64,000 nt of DNA, from NCBI GenBank assembly GCA_965262915.1, contig OZ253564.1, positions 1,165,597 through 1,229,596 on the forward strand, read 5' to 3'. The position numbers were made by a program, and so were the translations under genes. The notes under the pieces were generated by a model. It was given only the letters and a program-made list of their open reading frames with translations, searched no databases and was not told the DNA's origin. Below are positions 38,077 to 47,205 of this stretch, one piece after another; position 1 is the stretch's first letter; the number at the start of each line of letters is the position of its first letter. The DNA comes from Candidatus Spongiisociaceae bacterium. Lineage in GTDB: Bacteria; Actinomycetota; Acidimicrobiia; Spongiisociales; Spongiisociaceae.

Positions 38077-39560
38077 TAGGATGCTCGTTGTGCGGATGTC
38101 GCCGGTGTGAAGGTGATGGCCGTGAACTCCTCGAACCCGTAGTCGAGCAGTACGGACACATCGCGGTAGTGTTCGTCGGAGCCGAGCACTACCGCGTATA
38201 GCCGTCTCCCGTCCCGTTCGGCGGCTGCCACCATGGTGAGAACCGCACGATTGGTAAAGCCGGTCTTGATGCCGATGGCCCCCCGGTACTGGTCCAGCAG
38301 CTTGTTGCGGTTCCTGCTCGCTCGCTCCTGACCGTCCGGGGCGGCCGGGAGGAAGATCCTTGGCGCCGCCACGATCCGGGCAAACCCCTCATCGGCCATG
38401 GCGGCCAGGGACAGCGTCAGCAGGTCGCGGGCCGAGCTGTAGTGGTCCCGGTGATCGAGACCGTGGGGATTGACGAAGTTCGAGTTCTCCAGGCCGAGGT
38501 TGCCGGCCTTGGCGTTCATCAGGGCAGCGAATCCTTCCACCGATCCGCCCACGTGTTCGGCCAGCGCCACCGCGGCATCGTTGGCGCTCCGAATTAGCAG
38601 CGCTGCCAGCAGTTCCTCGACCGTCCAGGGGTCCTCGTGGGGGATCAGGCCGATCTCCGACTCCCCCGCAAGGGTGGCCTCCTCGGAGATCTGCACCCTG
38701 TCGTCGAGTTCCGACTCCCCGAGCACCACGAGTGCGGTCACTATCTTGGTGGTGGATGCGATCGCCCGCCGGACATCGGCCTTGTATCCGGCAAGGACCT
38801 GCCCGAAGGTATCGTCGTAGAGAATCCACGCCCGGGCGGACACCTTGGGGGGCGGCGGAGCGACCAGCCCACCGTCCGCGAGCACCAGGAAGGTCCTCTC
38901 CAGGGGTATGTCGCGGGCCCGGTGGAGGAACGTGGCCATCTGTCCCCGCGTCACGTCGGTCCCCGGGCAATACCGGGACGGTCGGGTGTCACAGCCCACC
39001 GTGATACCGGCCGTCGCCAACGAGTTGATGTTGCCGGAGTGGACGTTGCCCTCGACGTCGGTGAATCCGGCATCCTCGGCCCCTGCCCGCAGCCGGTAGG
39101 CCCTGCTGAGGAAGCTTGCCATCTGTGCCCGCGTCACGGTTTCGTAAGGGCAGTAGCGGGCGGGTTCGGTCTTGCAACCCTTGGTGACACCGACAGTCGC
39201 GATGCGGGTCACGTACGGCGCCCACCACTCGCCATCGCGCACATCGGCGAAAGGAGAGGATCCTGCCGACCCGATATCGCCATCCGCCCCGATCGCGCGG
39301 GCGAGCCACACGGCCATCACCCAACGCTGGACCGGTTCATAGGGACAGAAGAGCCGGACGCCGTCCTCGCCGCATTCCGTACCTTCCAGGATTCCATCGG
39401 CTTCCAAGGTCTCGATGGCCGGTGCGTGAAGGTTCCCGTCGTCGATGTCTCCGAAACCGCTCGCCCCGGCTACGGTCGTCAGCCCGGCAACCAGCCAGAG
39501 CAGCAAAGCCGCCACCGAGATCTCGCGGCGAATCAGTGGCTTACCGAACTTCCTGGACAC
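38076..39560 (-). CDS. D-alanyl-D-alanine carboxypeptidase (peptidase S11) with three N-terminal SLH-like repeats
   Basis: SxxK (ASTTKIV), SxN (RSANDAA) and KTG (KTGFT) motifs. Three repeats of the type F.D(V/I)....H...I..L...G(I/V)T.GC....YCP...VTR.QMA.FL.RA. Confidence 0.85.
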   Translation of the reverse strand: MSRKFGKPLIRREISVAALLLWLVAGLTTVAGASGFGDIDDGNLHAPAIETLEADGILEGTECGEDGVRLFCPYEPVQRWVMAVWLARAIGADGDIGSAGSSPFADVRDGEWWAPYVTRIATVGVTKGCKTEPARYCPYETVTRAQMASFLSRAYRLRAGAEDAGFTDVEGNVHSGNINSLATAGITVGCDTRPSRYCPGTDVTRGQMATFLHRARDIPLERTFLVLADGGLVAPPPPKVSARAWILYDDTFGQVLAGYKADVRRAIASTTKIVTALVVLGESELDDRVQISEEATLAGESEIGLIPHEDPWTVEELLAALLIRSANDAAVALAEHVGGSVEGFAALMNAKAGNLGLENSNFVNPHGLDHRDHYSSARDLLTLSLAAMADEGFARIVAAPRIFLPAAPDGQERASRNRNKLLDQYRGAIGIKTGFTNRAVLTMVAAAERDGRRLYAVVLGSDEHYRDVSVLLDYGFEEFTAITFTPATSAQRAS

Positions 39561-39739
39561 TTGCCTTCCTCCCCGGGTACCGGGTTACGCCATGCATCTC
39601 CGCCGAGCGAACCGAGCGTTCCGTCCCTCGTTGACACCAATCGAAGGTCCACACGGGTACCTCCGCCGCGATTTCCACTATCGAGAGCTTCATCGGGCTA
39701 CGTGATGCCGGATCGCGATCCCCGGTCCGCGGGCCGCTG

Positions 39740-42112
39740 TCAACTACGGCGCGCCTGGGAGGTGCGTGTCGAGGCAGCGGTCTCATGGAGCGCCGGCGCA
39801 ACCTTTCTGAATAGCCGCCAAGCGCCGTCGACATCGAGGAGTCGGGCGCCTGCAGACTCGTACGAGAGCGTCTTGTCGAGCACCCAGTCCCATTTGTCTA
39901 TCTCCCGATTCTCGATCACCGCAGCCAACCCGGCGGTCGTAGGAGGTGGGTTCTCTAGGAACTGACCGATCACCTCTGCTACCTCGTCGGGGCCGGTCCC
40001 GCATATCCGGATGGCGGGGCCTTCGACGCCCACTTTGATTCCTGCCTGATGCAGGGCGATCATCGCGGTATACAGGGCGCGATCGCCGGTCCATGGAAAC
40101 AGCAGGACATCCCCGCCATCCCGGACCACGGTTCGCTTGCCCAGCCGGAATTGCTTGAACGCGGCCCGACCCTCGGCGAGCAGGTCCCTCGCGCCGGCGT
40201 CGAGCCATGTCGGGGTTTCGGTCGACGCGTAGACGGCCAGCATCTCCGCCCGAACCTCATTCGACACCGCGGGACCATGGCTGCCGGAGAAGAGGGGGGC
40301 GCCGCCAGTGGATTGTTCGAGCTCGACCACCCGGGCCGGTTTGTCGATGCCTGTCACCTTCCAGCGCTTCCCGGCGAAGATCATCAGCATCCCTTCCCGG
40401 AGGGGCTGGTAGATGGGGATCGTACCCAGAGTCCTACCACCGGTCACGACCCGCCATTCGTCGGCAGTGTGGAACGCGACATAGAAGCGGTAGTGGTTGA
40501 CGTGGCGTTCGCCGACCACCCCGTGCAGCAGCTGCCCGTCGGAGGATTGGATCAGAAGATCGTGGGACGCCATGGCTCGGAGCAACCGGACGAACCGAGC
40601 CTGGTCGACGAGGTGGAAGGGACCCGGCCCGCACAGGGCGCGATACAGGTCGGCCGCCCTCGCTCCGCCGTGCTGGGCGATGGTCGACATGATCTGCTGG
40701 ATCAGCGTCGAGTAATTGAATCCGGGATCGTCGGCGGATTCGAGCCACCTCTGGAGCATGAGGCGCACCATGGCGGTCGTCTGCACGACCCCGCAGCGCA
40801 GCCGGTCGACCGGGAGGGACCGCTCGTCGAGGGATGGTTCGCTGATGTAGAGGCGCAGCAGGGCCGGGTCGTCGCGGCGGCCCGATCTCCCCAGCCGCTG
40901 CCAGAGGGATGCGACCGATGGCGGCGGGCCTATCTGAGCCACGCTCGTTACCGAGCCGATGTCGATTCCCAGCTCGAGCGTGGACGTGCTCACCGCGGTC
41001 GCCGGTCGGGTTCGGTCCTTCATCTGCGCTTCGGCCGCCTCGCGCAGTTCCTTGGACAGGTTGCCGTGATGCGGCCAGAACTCGTTGGGGACCCGCTCCC
41101 GGTCACTTCGACGGGCGAGCAGGTCGGCGTAGGTCTCCACGTGATTGCGCGTGTTGGCGAACACCAGGTTGTCCTGGCCGCGCAGATGCCTGAACAGGTG
41201 CTCGGCTATCTCTGTCGCGTCCCCGTTCACCGTCTCTTCGACAGCTACTTCGCGGCCGGCCCGCTCGGCGTTTTCGGCCTGGTGGGGTGATACCGGTGGC
41301 GGGGTGGCCACGTACCCGCGCAGCTGCAGCATCAACCCCCGGCCGTCCGACTTCGACTCAACTATCAGGACCTGCTCCGGGTCGGTCGGGCGGAGAAACG
41401 CGGTGGCCTGATTCATGTCGCCGAGGGTTGCCGACAGCCCGATACGGGGTGGTCGTAGGCGGACCGCCAGCTCGACACGGTTCATCAGCGACTGCAGTTG
41501 GACTCCCCGTTGCGTGGCCAGGAAGGAGTGGAGCTCGTCGATCACGATGTAGCGCAACCCGACGAACAGCCTCGGCACGAGGGAGCCCCGGTTGACGAAG
41601 GTCGACTCCAAAGACTCGGGAGTTATGAGCAGTACACCGGACGGTCGGGCTATCAGGCTCTGCTTCGCCGCCGCCGAGACGTCCCCGTGCCAGCGATGCA
41701 CGGGGACATCCACCCGTTCGCAGATCCGTTCCAGGCGTTGATACTGATCGTTGATCAGGGCCTTCAGCGGCGAAAGGTACAGAGCCTGCACCCCGACGGA
41801 GGGTCCGGTCGCCGGTTCCGCCCACGGGTCGTAGGCCGTCCACGGATCTCGTTCCCCCGATGTCGGCTGGTCGGTGGCGCCGGCAAGGGTCGACAGGATA
41901 GGGAGGAAGGCGGCTTCGGTCTTTCCGGAGGCGGTCGCCGCGGCGATGATCAAATCACGGTCACCGTCAATGATCGGACCGATGGCGCGCTCCTGGGCGT
42001 CGTGCAGCGAGGTCCACCCCTGGTCGTATATCCAGCGCTGTATCCGAGGATGCAGCCGGGTGAACGCCGACGACGGGGCAGCTTCAGAGACGGAAGTGGG
42101 TGAGATGGTCAT
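39740..42112 (-). CDS. Lhr-like DEAD/DEAH-box helicase (third gene of the TerB-ATPase-helicase cassette; Shango SngC-like)
   Basis: Motif I AATASGKTEAAFLP, motif II VIDELHSF, motif III SATLG, long C-terminal extension. Start uncertain (ATG 42112 or GTG 42157); both overlap the upstream gene end. Confidence 0.85.
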   Translation of the reverse strand: MTISPTSVSEAAPSSAFTRLHPRIQRWIYDQGWTSLHDAQERAIGPIIDGDRDLIIAAATASGKTEAAFLPILSTLAGATDQPTSGERDPWTAYDPWAEPATGPSVGVQALYLSPLKALINDQYQRLERICERVDVPVHRWHGDVSAAAKQSLIARPSGVLLITPESLESTFVNRGSLVPRLFVGLRYIVIDELHSFLATQRGVQLQSLMNRVELAVRLRPPRIGLSATLGDMNQATAFLRPTDPEQVLIVESKSDGRGLMLQLRGYVATPPPVSPHQAENAERAGREVAVEETVNGDATEIAEHLFRHLRGQDNLVFANTRNHVETYADLLARRSDRERVPNEFWPHHGNLSKELREAAEAQMKDRTRPATAVSTSTLELGIDIGSVTSVAQIGPPPSVASLWQRLGRSGRRDDPALLRLYISEPSLDERSLPVDRLRCGVVQTTAMVRLMLQRWLESADDPGFNYSTLIQQIMSTIAQHGGARAADLYRALCGPGPFHLVDQARFVRLLRAMASHDLLIQSSDGQLLHGVVGERHVNHYRFYVAFHTADEWRVVTGGRTLGTIPIYQPLREGMLMIFAGKRWKVTGIDKPARVVELEQSTGGAPLFSGSHGPAVSNEVRAEMLAVYASTETPTWLDAGARDLLAEGRAAFKQFRLGKRTVVRDGGDVLLFPWTGDRALYTAMIALHQAGIKVGVEGPAIRICGTGPDEVAEVIGQFLENPPPTTAGLAAVIENREIDKWDWVLDKTLSYESAGARLLDVDGAWRLFRKVAPALHETAASTRTSQARRS

Positions 42113-43439
42113 CGTCGGGTGCTGGTCTCGGGATGGACGGCGGGGCGCCGTTGCCACTCTTGAGCGGTGCGAGGTCCGGATTGGTCTCCGCTTCGATCTC
42201 GACCCGGTCGATCAGATCGGACCAGTTCACGCCGGGGTTCTGGGCGAGCACCGAGAGGAGGTTCACGAACTCCTTGATGGTGGTCCGCGGTGTGCGGAAG
42301 TAGGCGTCACCCACACGCGACGCGCAATGGTCCATGAAGGCGGGCAAGGCTTCGTCGGGTACGAGGTAGGCGTCCGGATCGCCGCTCGCGAACACGTGCC
42401 GGAGTTTGGTGAGCAGCACGTAAATATCCTCGGGGGACAGGTTGGCGAGGCGCAATACCGGACCGGAGAAGTCAACGAGCCCCTTACGGGCGAAAGTGTT
42501 CTCGGCAAGACGTGACTGCAGGGCCGGGTACGAGTAGAGGCCGCGCCGGGTGTCTAACAGCATGTCCGGAGTGCCGCCGAACACGAACCCGAGCCCGGCA
42601 GCCGAACCCTGCAGGCAGTCGTTGAGGATGCGAAGCACCTGTTCGTAGTTGGAGTTGCGGGCCCTGGTATGCGACATCTTGTACAGATTCACCATCTCGT
42701 CCAGGCAGACGAGGAGGCCTGAGAACCCGGCCAGACGGACGAACCGCGCGAACAGCTTGAGATGGTCGTAGAAGCTCCGGTCGTCGATGATGGTGCGCAC
42801 TCCGAGCGCTTGCCGTGAGTCGGTGCGGGTCGAGAACTCGCCGCGTAGCCAGCGCACCACATCGGAGCGCAGTTGTTCGTTGCCGTTGTCATGGGCGCGC
42901 CAGTAGGCGGCGATTACTTCGGCGAAGTCGTATCCGCCGACCATCTCCTGGAGATCGGCAAGCCGTTCACGGATTACCGTCTCCGGGCTGATGTCTCGGG
43001 AGCGGGCGGCGCTCAGACCGGCCGTGATGAACCGTTCCACCACCGACGGCATCGCGCCGCCCTCCGGCTTCGCTCGCGTCGACAGGTTGCGCATCAGCTC
43101 GGCGTACAGACCGCGCGCCTGACCGCCGGTCGCGTAGAGGCGGCGTTCGGGTGACAGGTCGGCGTGGACGGTGACGAGCTTTCGTTCGAGCGCGATTGAA
43201 CGGACCAGGTTCAGGAAGAAGGACTTTCCGGCCCCGTACTCGCCGATCACGAGACGGATCGCCGAACCGCTGTCGGCGATCCGGTCGATGTCAGCGACCA
43301 CAGCGGCCACTTCGTCGGCGCGTCCGACCTGGATGTGTTGCTGGCCGACCCGTGGTACGACGCCGGCCCGCAAGGACTGGATGATCGCGTCGCGGTCCCG
43401 CGGGCGGATACGGCCGGTGGGACGGGTTAGGGATGTCAA
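42084..43439 (-). CDS. P-loop ATPase of the DUF2791/BREX BrxC-D-like type (Shango SngB-like)
   Basis: Walker A GEYGAGKSFF and Walker B-like LLVCLDEM. 4-nt overlap with the TerB gene stop. Confidence 0.75.
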   Translation of the reverse strand: MTSLTRPTGRIRPRDRDAIIQSLRAGVVPRVGQQHIQVGRADEVAAVVADIDRIADSGSAIRLVIGEYGAGKSFFLNLVRSIALERKLVTVHADLSPERRLYATGGQARGLYAELMRNLSTRAKPEGGAMPSVVERFITAGLSAARSRDISPETVIRERLADLQEMVGGYDFAEVIAAYWRAHDNGNEQLRSDVVRWLRGEFSTRTDSRQALGVRTIIDDRSFYDHLKLFARFVRLAGFSGLLVCLDEMVNLYKMSHTRARNSNYEQVLRILNDCLQGSAAGLGFVFGGTPDMLLDTRRGLYSYPALQSRLAENTFARKGLVDFSGPVLRLANLSPEDIYVLLTKLRHVFASGDPDAYLVPDEALPAFMDHCASRVGDAYFRTPRTTIKEFVNLLSVLAQNPGVNWSDLIDRVEIEAETNPDLAPLKSGNGAPPSIPRPAPDDDHLTHFRL

Positions 43440-45685
43440 GTCAGTTCCTCCACAGCGTAGGCATTGAGTACCACAGGGTTGTCACCCTCTACAAGAGGTT
43501 CGCCGCAGGCTTCCATTGCGGCTTCGTTGATCACGTCGATAGCGCCGTCGAGGAACGGCAATCCGAACGAATCGGCCATCTCCTCGGCGAAGCGGCGCTC
43601 CCACTCCGATCGGGAGGCGAGGGCCGCAAGGAGCCGCGAATGCGGCCCGTCAAGACCCTCGATCATCGATCTGGGTTCCGAGCCGGGCGTACGGGATTCC
43701 GTCTCCGGTGGTGGGTCGTCGTCTACGAAGATGTCGGTCAGCAGGTTCGACACACGGTCCGTCTCGGCCAGACGGGCTTGGATCTTTGCAGGGTCCAGGG
43801 CTACGGGACGGCGCCGCGCGGCAATCGTGCCGGGGTTGGGAAGTTCCCAACCAGTGTTGGGCGCCCCCTCTCGAACGGTGACCGGGCCGGTATCCCCCAG
43901 GTCGAGAGTATGGGCGCGGCTATACAGGTGGGATTCGTCGAGGCCCATATGTTCGAACAACCTTTCCAGGACGGCGATCTCTTTGTGATTGACGACCCCG
44001 TCGGCGGCTGCAAGCTCGATCAGAAGACTTCCGACTTTCGGCAGATCGTCGGGTTCCATCGCCTTTATCTTGCGTTTGATGCCGTACATACGGGGTTTTC
44101 GCACACCGAGCAATGCCAAGTGCGCTTGCAGCCTGGCCCGATCGGCGGTATCAAGCCCGGTGATCCCTTCCAATCGTTCAGCGAGAAACCGGTGTTCGAA
44201 GGAGTTGATCTTCCCGTCCGCTGCGGCCACTATCGCACTCAGATACACCAGCGACAGGGCGGCGCCGTACAAAGTGGGTTTCGCCCGCCCACCCTCGGGA
44301 AGCGAGAACAACACCGCATGCGTACCCGGACTTGGAGTAGGCGCACCGAAACGGACGTCGGGTTCGATTCCCACCTCGACGTTGGCGAGCATGGACGCCA
44401 GAGCAGAGGCGTCGGTCTTGGTGAGTTTCGAGGTGTGGCCGGGTGACCACATTTCCACCAGTTCATCGAGGAAAACCACCGCCCGCGGCCTACCGGCCAG
44501 TTGTTCCGATGTCCAGGCCCGGAGACCCTTGAGGATCGGACCACCGTGCTCGACAAGCAACACGTCGGGTAACAGCCCGACCGCGGCCGGGGTCCCGACC
44601 CAATCAGGGTGGCGCCCGATCAAGCGGCTGTAGGCATCGAGTTCATTGTCGCATTGCTTGGCCAACTCGTTCAGCTCGGTGATCAGCGCCGGTTCGAGCG
44701 TTACGTCAGGAATCCTGTCGAGGGTGATGAACACGCCTCCGTCGAATCCGGAGGATGTGGCCCGGTACGAGAGCCTGATCTTCCTCGCCGGTCGTGGCAC
44801 CCGGAGACCCGGTCCGAACCGCGCCCTGTAACGTATGCCGAACAGTTCGTCGAACTCGGCGGCAGCGCGCTTGGCCGGTGTTCGTAGCCGCCCCTCGGGA
44901 TGGTGCCGGAGGTAACTGAGGGCCCATTCGGCCGGGATGGCGGACCGTTCCGAAACATACTTGCCGATGCAGACTCGAACCGCGGCCGGTACGCCGAGCT
45001 TTGCGCGACCGGAATCCCATGGGACCGGTTGTGCGTCAGTGTTCACCGACAGCACGCCTTCCACGAAATCCAGCAGTTGACCCGCGCTCCCAGCGAATGA
45101 ATGCTCCTCGCGGTAGATGCCTAGGAGACGTTCGATCTCGGCCAGGATGATCGCGACCTCCGGAAGGTGGAGGTCGGCGCCAAGGTCGGCGAACAGACGC
45201 CGTTCGAGCCCGTAGAAGAACAAGAACACGTAACCGATGTAGGCGGACCTGTCCTGGCGACCCCCGGCCAGCCACTTGAGATAGGCGGCCCGAACGCGCG
45301 GGTTGGCTCGTCCGTACGACGGGTCGTGATGCATGGAAGCTCCGGTGCGATCCGCGCTTTTCCAGTTGACCGGAAGCCGAGGATCGATGAGGCTTGGCTC
45401 GGGTCCGCGTCCGTTCGCCGCCAGGGCGCCGTTGCCGATGTAGACCATCCCGCCTTCGATCGAACGGCCGGCCACGTCGATCTTCCCACCGGGTGGGACC
45501 CAGGTTGCCGGACCTCGCTTGGATCGCTTCCCTGACCACCGAAGCGGGCCGCTGTCCCACCAGTAAGGCGTCGGCGGGCCGCGCTTCGTGTTCCGTTCGG
45601 GACGGTTTGTCCCACGCTCGGGCCGGCTCACAACCCCCCTTTCAGGTACCGCCTGTCGGCTAGAGGGGAAGTGCCCGATCGGCAT
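43436..45685 (-). CDS. TerB-N / TerB / TerB-C domain protein (Shango SngA-like)
   Basis: N-terminal WVPPGGKIDVAGRSIEGGMVYIGNG...EPSLIDPRLPV (TerB-N-like). Central AIVAAADGKINSFEHRFL (TerB-like). C-terminal LDGPHSRLLAAL...FLDGAIDVINEAA (TerB-C-like). Start at ATG 45685 or 45706; the ORF-track start at 46087 overlaps vapBC and is rejected. Confidence 0.75.
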   Translation of the reverse strand: MPIGHFPSSRQAVPERGVVSRPERGTNRPERNTKRGPPTPYWWDSGPLRWSGKRSKRGPATWVPPGGKIDVAGRSIEGGMVYIGNGALAANGRGPEPSLIDPRLPVNWKSADRTGASMHHDPSYGRANPRVRAAYLKWLAGGRQDRSAYIGYVFLFFYGLERRLFADLGADLHLPEVAIILAEIERLLGIYREEHSFAGSAGQLLDFVEGVLSVNTDAQPVPWDSGRAKLGVPAAVRVCIGKYVSERSAIPAEWALSYLRHHPEGRLRTPAKRAAAEFDELFGIRYRARFGPGLRVPRPARKIRLSYRATSSGFDGGVFITLDRIPDVTLEPALITELNELAKQCDNELDAYSRLIGRHPDWVGTPAAVGLLPDVLLVEHGGPILKGLRAWTSEQLAGRPRAVVFLDELVEMWSPGHTSKLTKTDASALASMLANVEVGIEPDVRFGAPTPSPGTHAVLFSLPEGGRAKPTLYGAALSLVYLSAIVAAADGKINSFEHRFLAERLEGITGLDTADRARLQAHLALLGVRKPRMYGIKRKIKAMEPDDLPKVGSLLIELAAADGVVNHKEIAVLERLFEHMGLDESHLYSRAHTLDLGDTGPVTVREGAPNTGWELPNPGTIAARRRPVALDPAKIQARLAETDRVSNLLTDIFVDDDPPPETESRTPGSEPRSMIEGLDGPHSRLLAALASRSEWERRFAEEMADSFGLPFLDGAIDVINEAAMEACGEPLVEGDNPVVLNAYAVEELT

Positions 45686-45753
45686 GCCGCCGTGACAACC
45701 GACCATTATGGTACAAATCCGATGACTCTGAAGCCTTGGTGTATACTGAACCA

Positions 45754-45978
45754 ATGCGGCGTATACAGCTATACATGGACGATGACCTCGATGAAGCGCT
45801 ATCCGGCGAGGCGGCTCGTCTGGGCGTCTCCCGTTCGGAGCTCGTGCGAGACGCAGTGAGGGTCTCGCTACGCGGCTTTCTCGACGCTGATCGCGATGCG
45901 GTCGACGATCTGATCGGCTGGATCGACGTGGAGCCGGACGACGATATCGATTCGGTGGTCTACGGGCTCGAAGAGTGA
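45754..45978 (+). CDS. vapB: Ribbon-helix-helix (CopG/VapB-type) antitoxin
   Basis: MRRIQLYMDDDLDEALSGEAARLGVSRSELVRDAV is an RHH fold pattern. GTGA overlap with vapC. TATACT -10-like hexamer upstream. Confidence 0.75.
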   Translation: MRRIQLYMDDDLDEALSGEAARLGVSRSELVRDAVRVSLRGFLDADRDAVDDLIGWIDVEPDDDIDSVVYGLEE

Positions 45979-46376
45979 GGTTCGCCGATACATCGTTCTG
46001 GGTCGGCCTCCAAGTCGCGCGAGACCGCCGACATGCCGACGCAGTCGAGCTATGGCAGCGTGATCGCAGGCCCGTGCGGACTTCCAACCTCGTCCTCGGC
46101 GAGACATGGACGTGGCTACGGCGAAGAGCCGGTCACCCGGCAGCCGTGCGCTTTCTGGAAACGCTCGCGCAGTCCAGGCGCGTATCGGTGGTGACAGTGG
46201 ACGAGACCATAGATCAGCAGGCGTGGGTATGGCTTCGCCGCCACGACGAGCGGAAGTACTCGTATGTGGATGCCACGAGCTTCGCGATCATGCGCCGCGA
46301 GCGCATCACCGAAGCGTTGGCGTTCGACGGTGATTTCACCGCGGCGGGCTTCGTCGAGGCCCGACCTCACCGATGA
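45975..46376 (+). CDS. vapC: PIN-domain toxin VapC
   Basis: FADTSFWV...NLVLGETW...YVDATSFAIM...ALAFDGDF carries the conserved acidic PIN residues. Confidence 0.85.
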   Translation: MRFADTSFWVGLQVARDRRHADAVELWQRDRRPVRTSNLVLGETWTWLRRRAGHPAAVRFLETLAQSRRVSVVTVDETIDQQAWVWLRRHDERKYSYVDATSFAIMRRERITEALAFDGDFTAAGFVEARPHR

Positions 46377-46383
46377 TCTTCCC

Positions 46384-47205
46384 GTGACCGGCCTTACCCG
46401 GGAGATCGCTCGTTGGATCGAGTCGGTCGATCCGGGGACGATCGACGACGATACCCGGGCGGTCGTGTCCGGTTTGGTAGCCCGCGTGCTGAACGCGACC
46501 GCCGGGTCGGAGGGTGACGGGCGACAGGGTCCGACTCGCCTCGGTCTCGATCCCGTGGTTGACGCCCACTCATTCGCTGCCGGCCTGCGCGCCGAAACCC
46601 TTTCGGAACAGCAGGCGGGTCTCAGGGAGCTCGCCGCTCCGGTCGCCAGAGCGGCGCTGGCGATAGCGGTTCACCACCCATGCTCCGGTGCATCGCTGGG
46701 CGCCGCGGTCCTGGCCGGCTGCGAGCTGGGCCTGCTGCTGGCCGAGATGGCGGGCGCTGGTAGTGACTCTCGATTTCGTGCCTCGGCGGCGACATGTGCA
46801 GCTATCTCGGCTGCTCGGGTCCTTGATCTCAGCGGCGATCGGCTCGTCTGGGCGATCGGTATCGGGGCCAGCAGTTCGGTCGGTGCCGCCTATGTCCTAG
46901 ATGCTGCTTGGCAGGCCGGGAAGTCGGCGTCCAACGGAGTGCTGGCTGCCCTCCTCGCCGATGCAGACTTCACCGGTCCCGCCGACGCCATCGAACATCC
47001 CCGGGGTCTTCTCGGCGCGGTGTTCGATATGCGTGCGCCGGTTGGTACAGCAGGGGATCTGGGCAACCGGATAGGTGCAATCGAACCCCTGATCTCCTCG
47101 GCAGGAACTGCCGACGGTTTCGGGGACAAGGCGGCCGGGATGTGGGAGATGGAAAGGGCTTCCGATCTGGTTGCCGCAGTGTTTCCCGACCGGAGGTCGC
47201 GTTGA
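46384..47205 (+). CDS. Short MmgE/PrpD-related protein
   Basis: GTG 46384. About 273 aa with PrpD N-domain-like pattern. Stop overlaps the TTG start of the next gene. Confidence 0.5.
   Translation: MTGLTREIARWIESVDPGTIDDDTRAVVSGLVARVLNATAGSEGDGRQGPTRLGLDPVVDAHSFAAGLRAETLSEQQAGLRELAAPVARAALAIAVHHPCSGASLGAAVLAGCELGLLLAEMAGAGSDSRFRASAATCAAISAARVLDLSGDRLVWAIGIGASSSVGAAYVLDAAWQAGKSASNGVLAALLADADFTGPADAIEHPRGLLGAVFDMRAPVGTAGDLGNRIGAIEPLISSAGTADGFGDKAAGMWEMERASDLVAAVFPDRRSR

Noticed and set aside
43436-46087. 883-aa version of the TerB protein starting at 46087
   Set aside because: The first ~130 codons are Arg/Pro/Ser-rich and lie antisense to the well-supported vapB/vapC genes. Homology to TerB-N begins only after the ATGs at 45706 and 45685.
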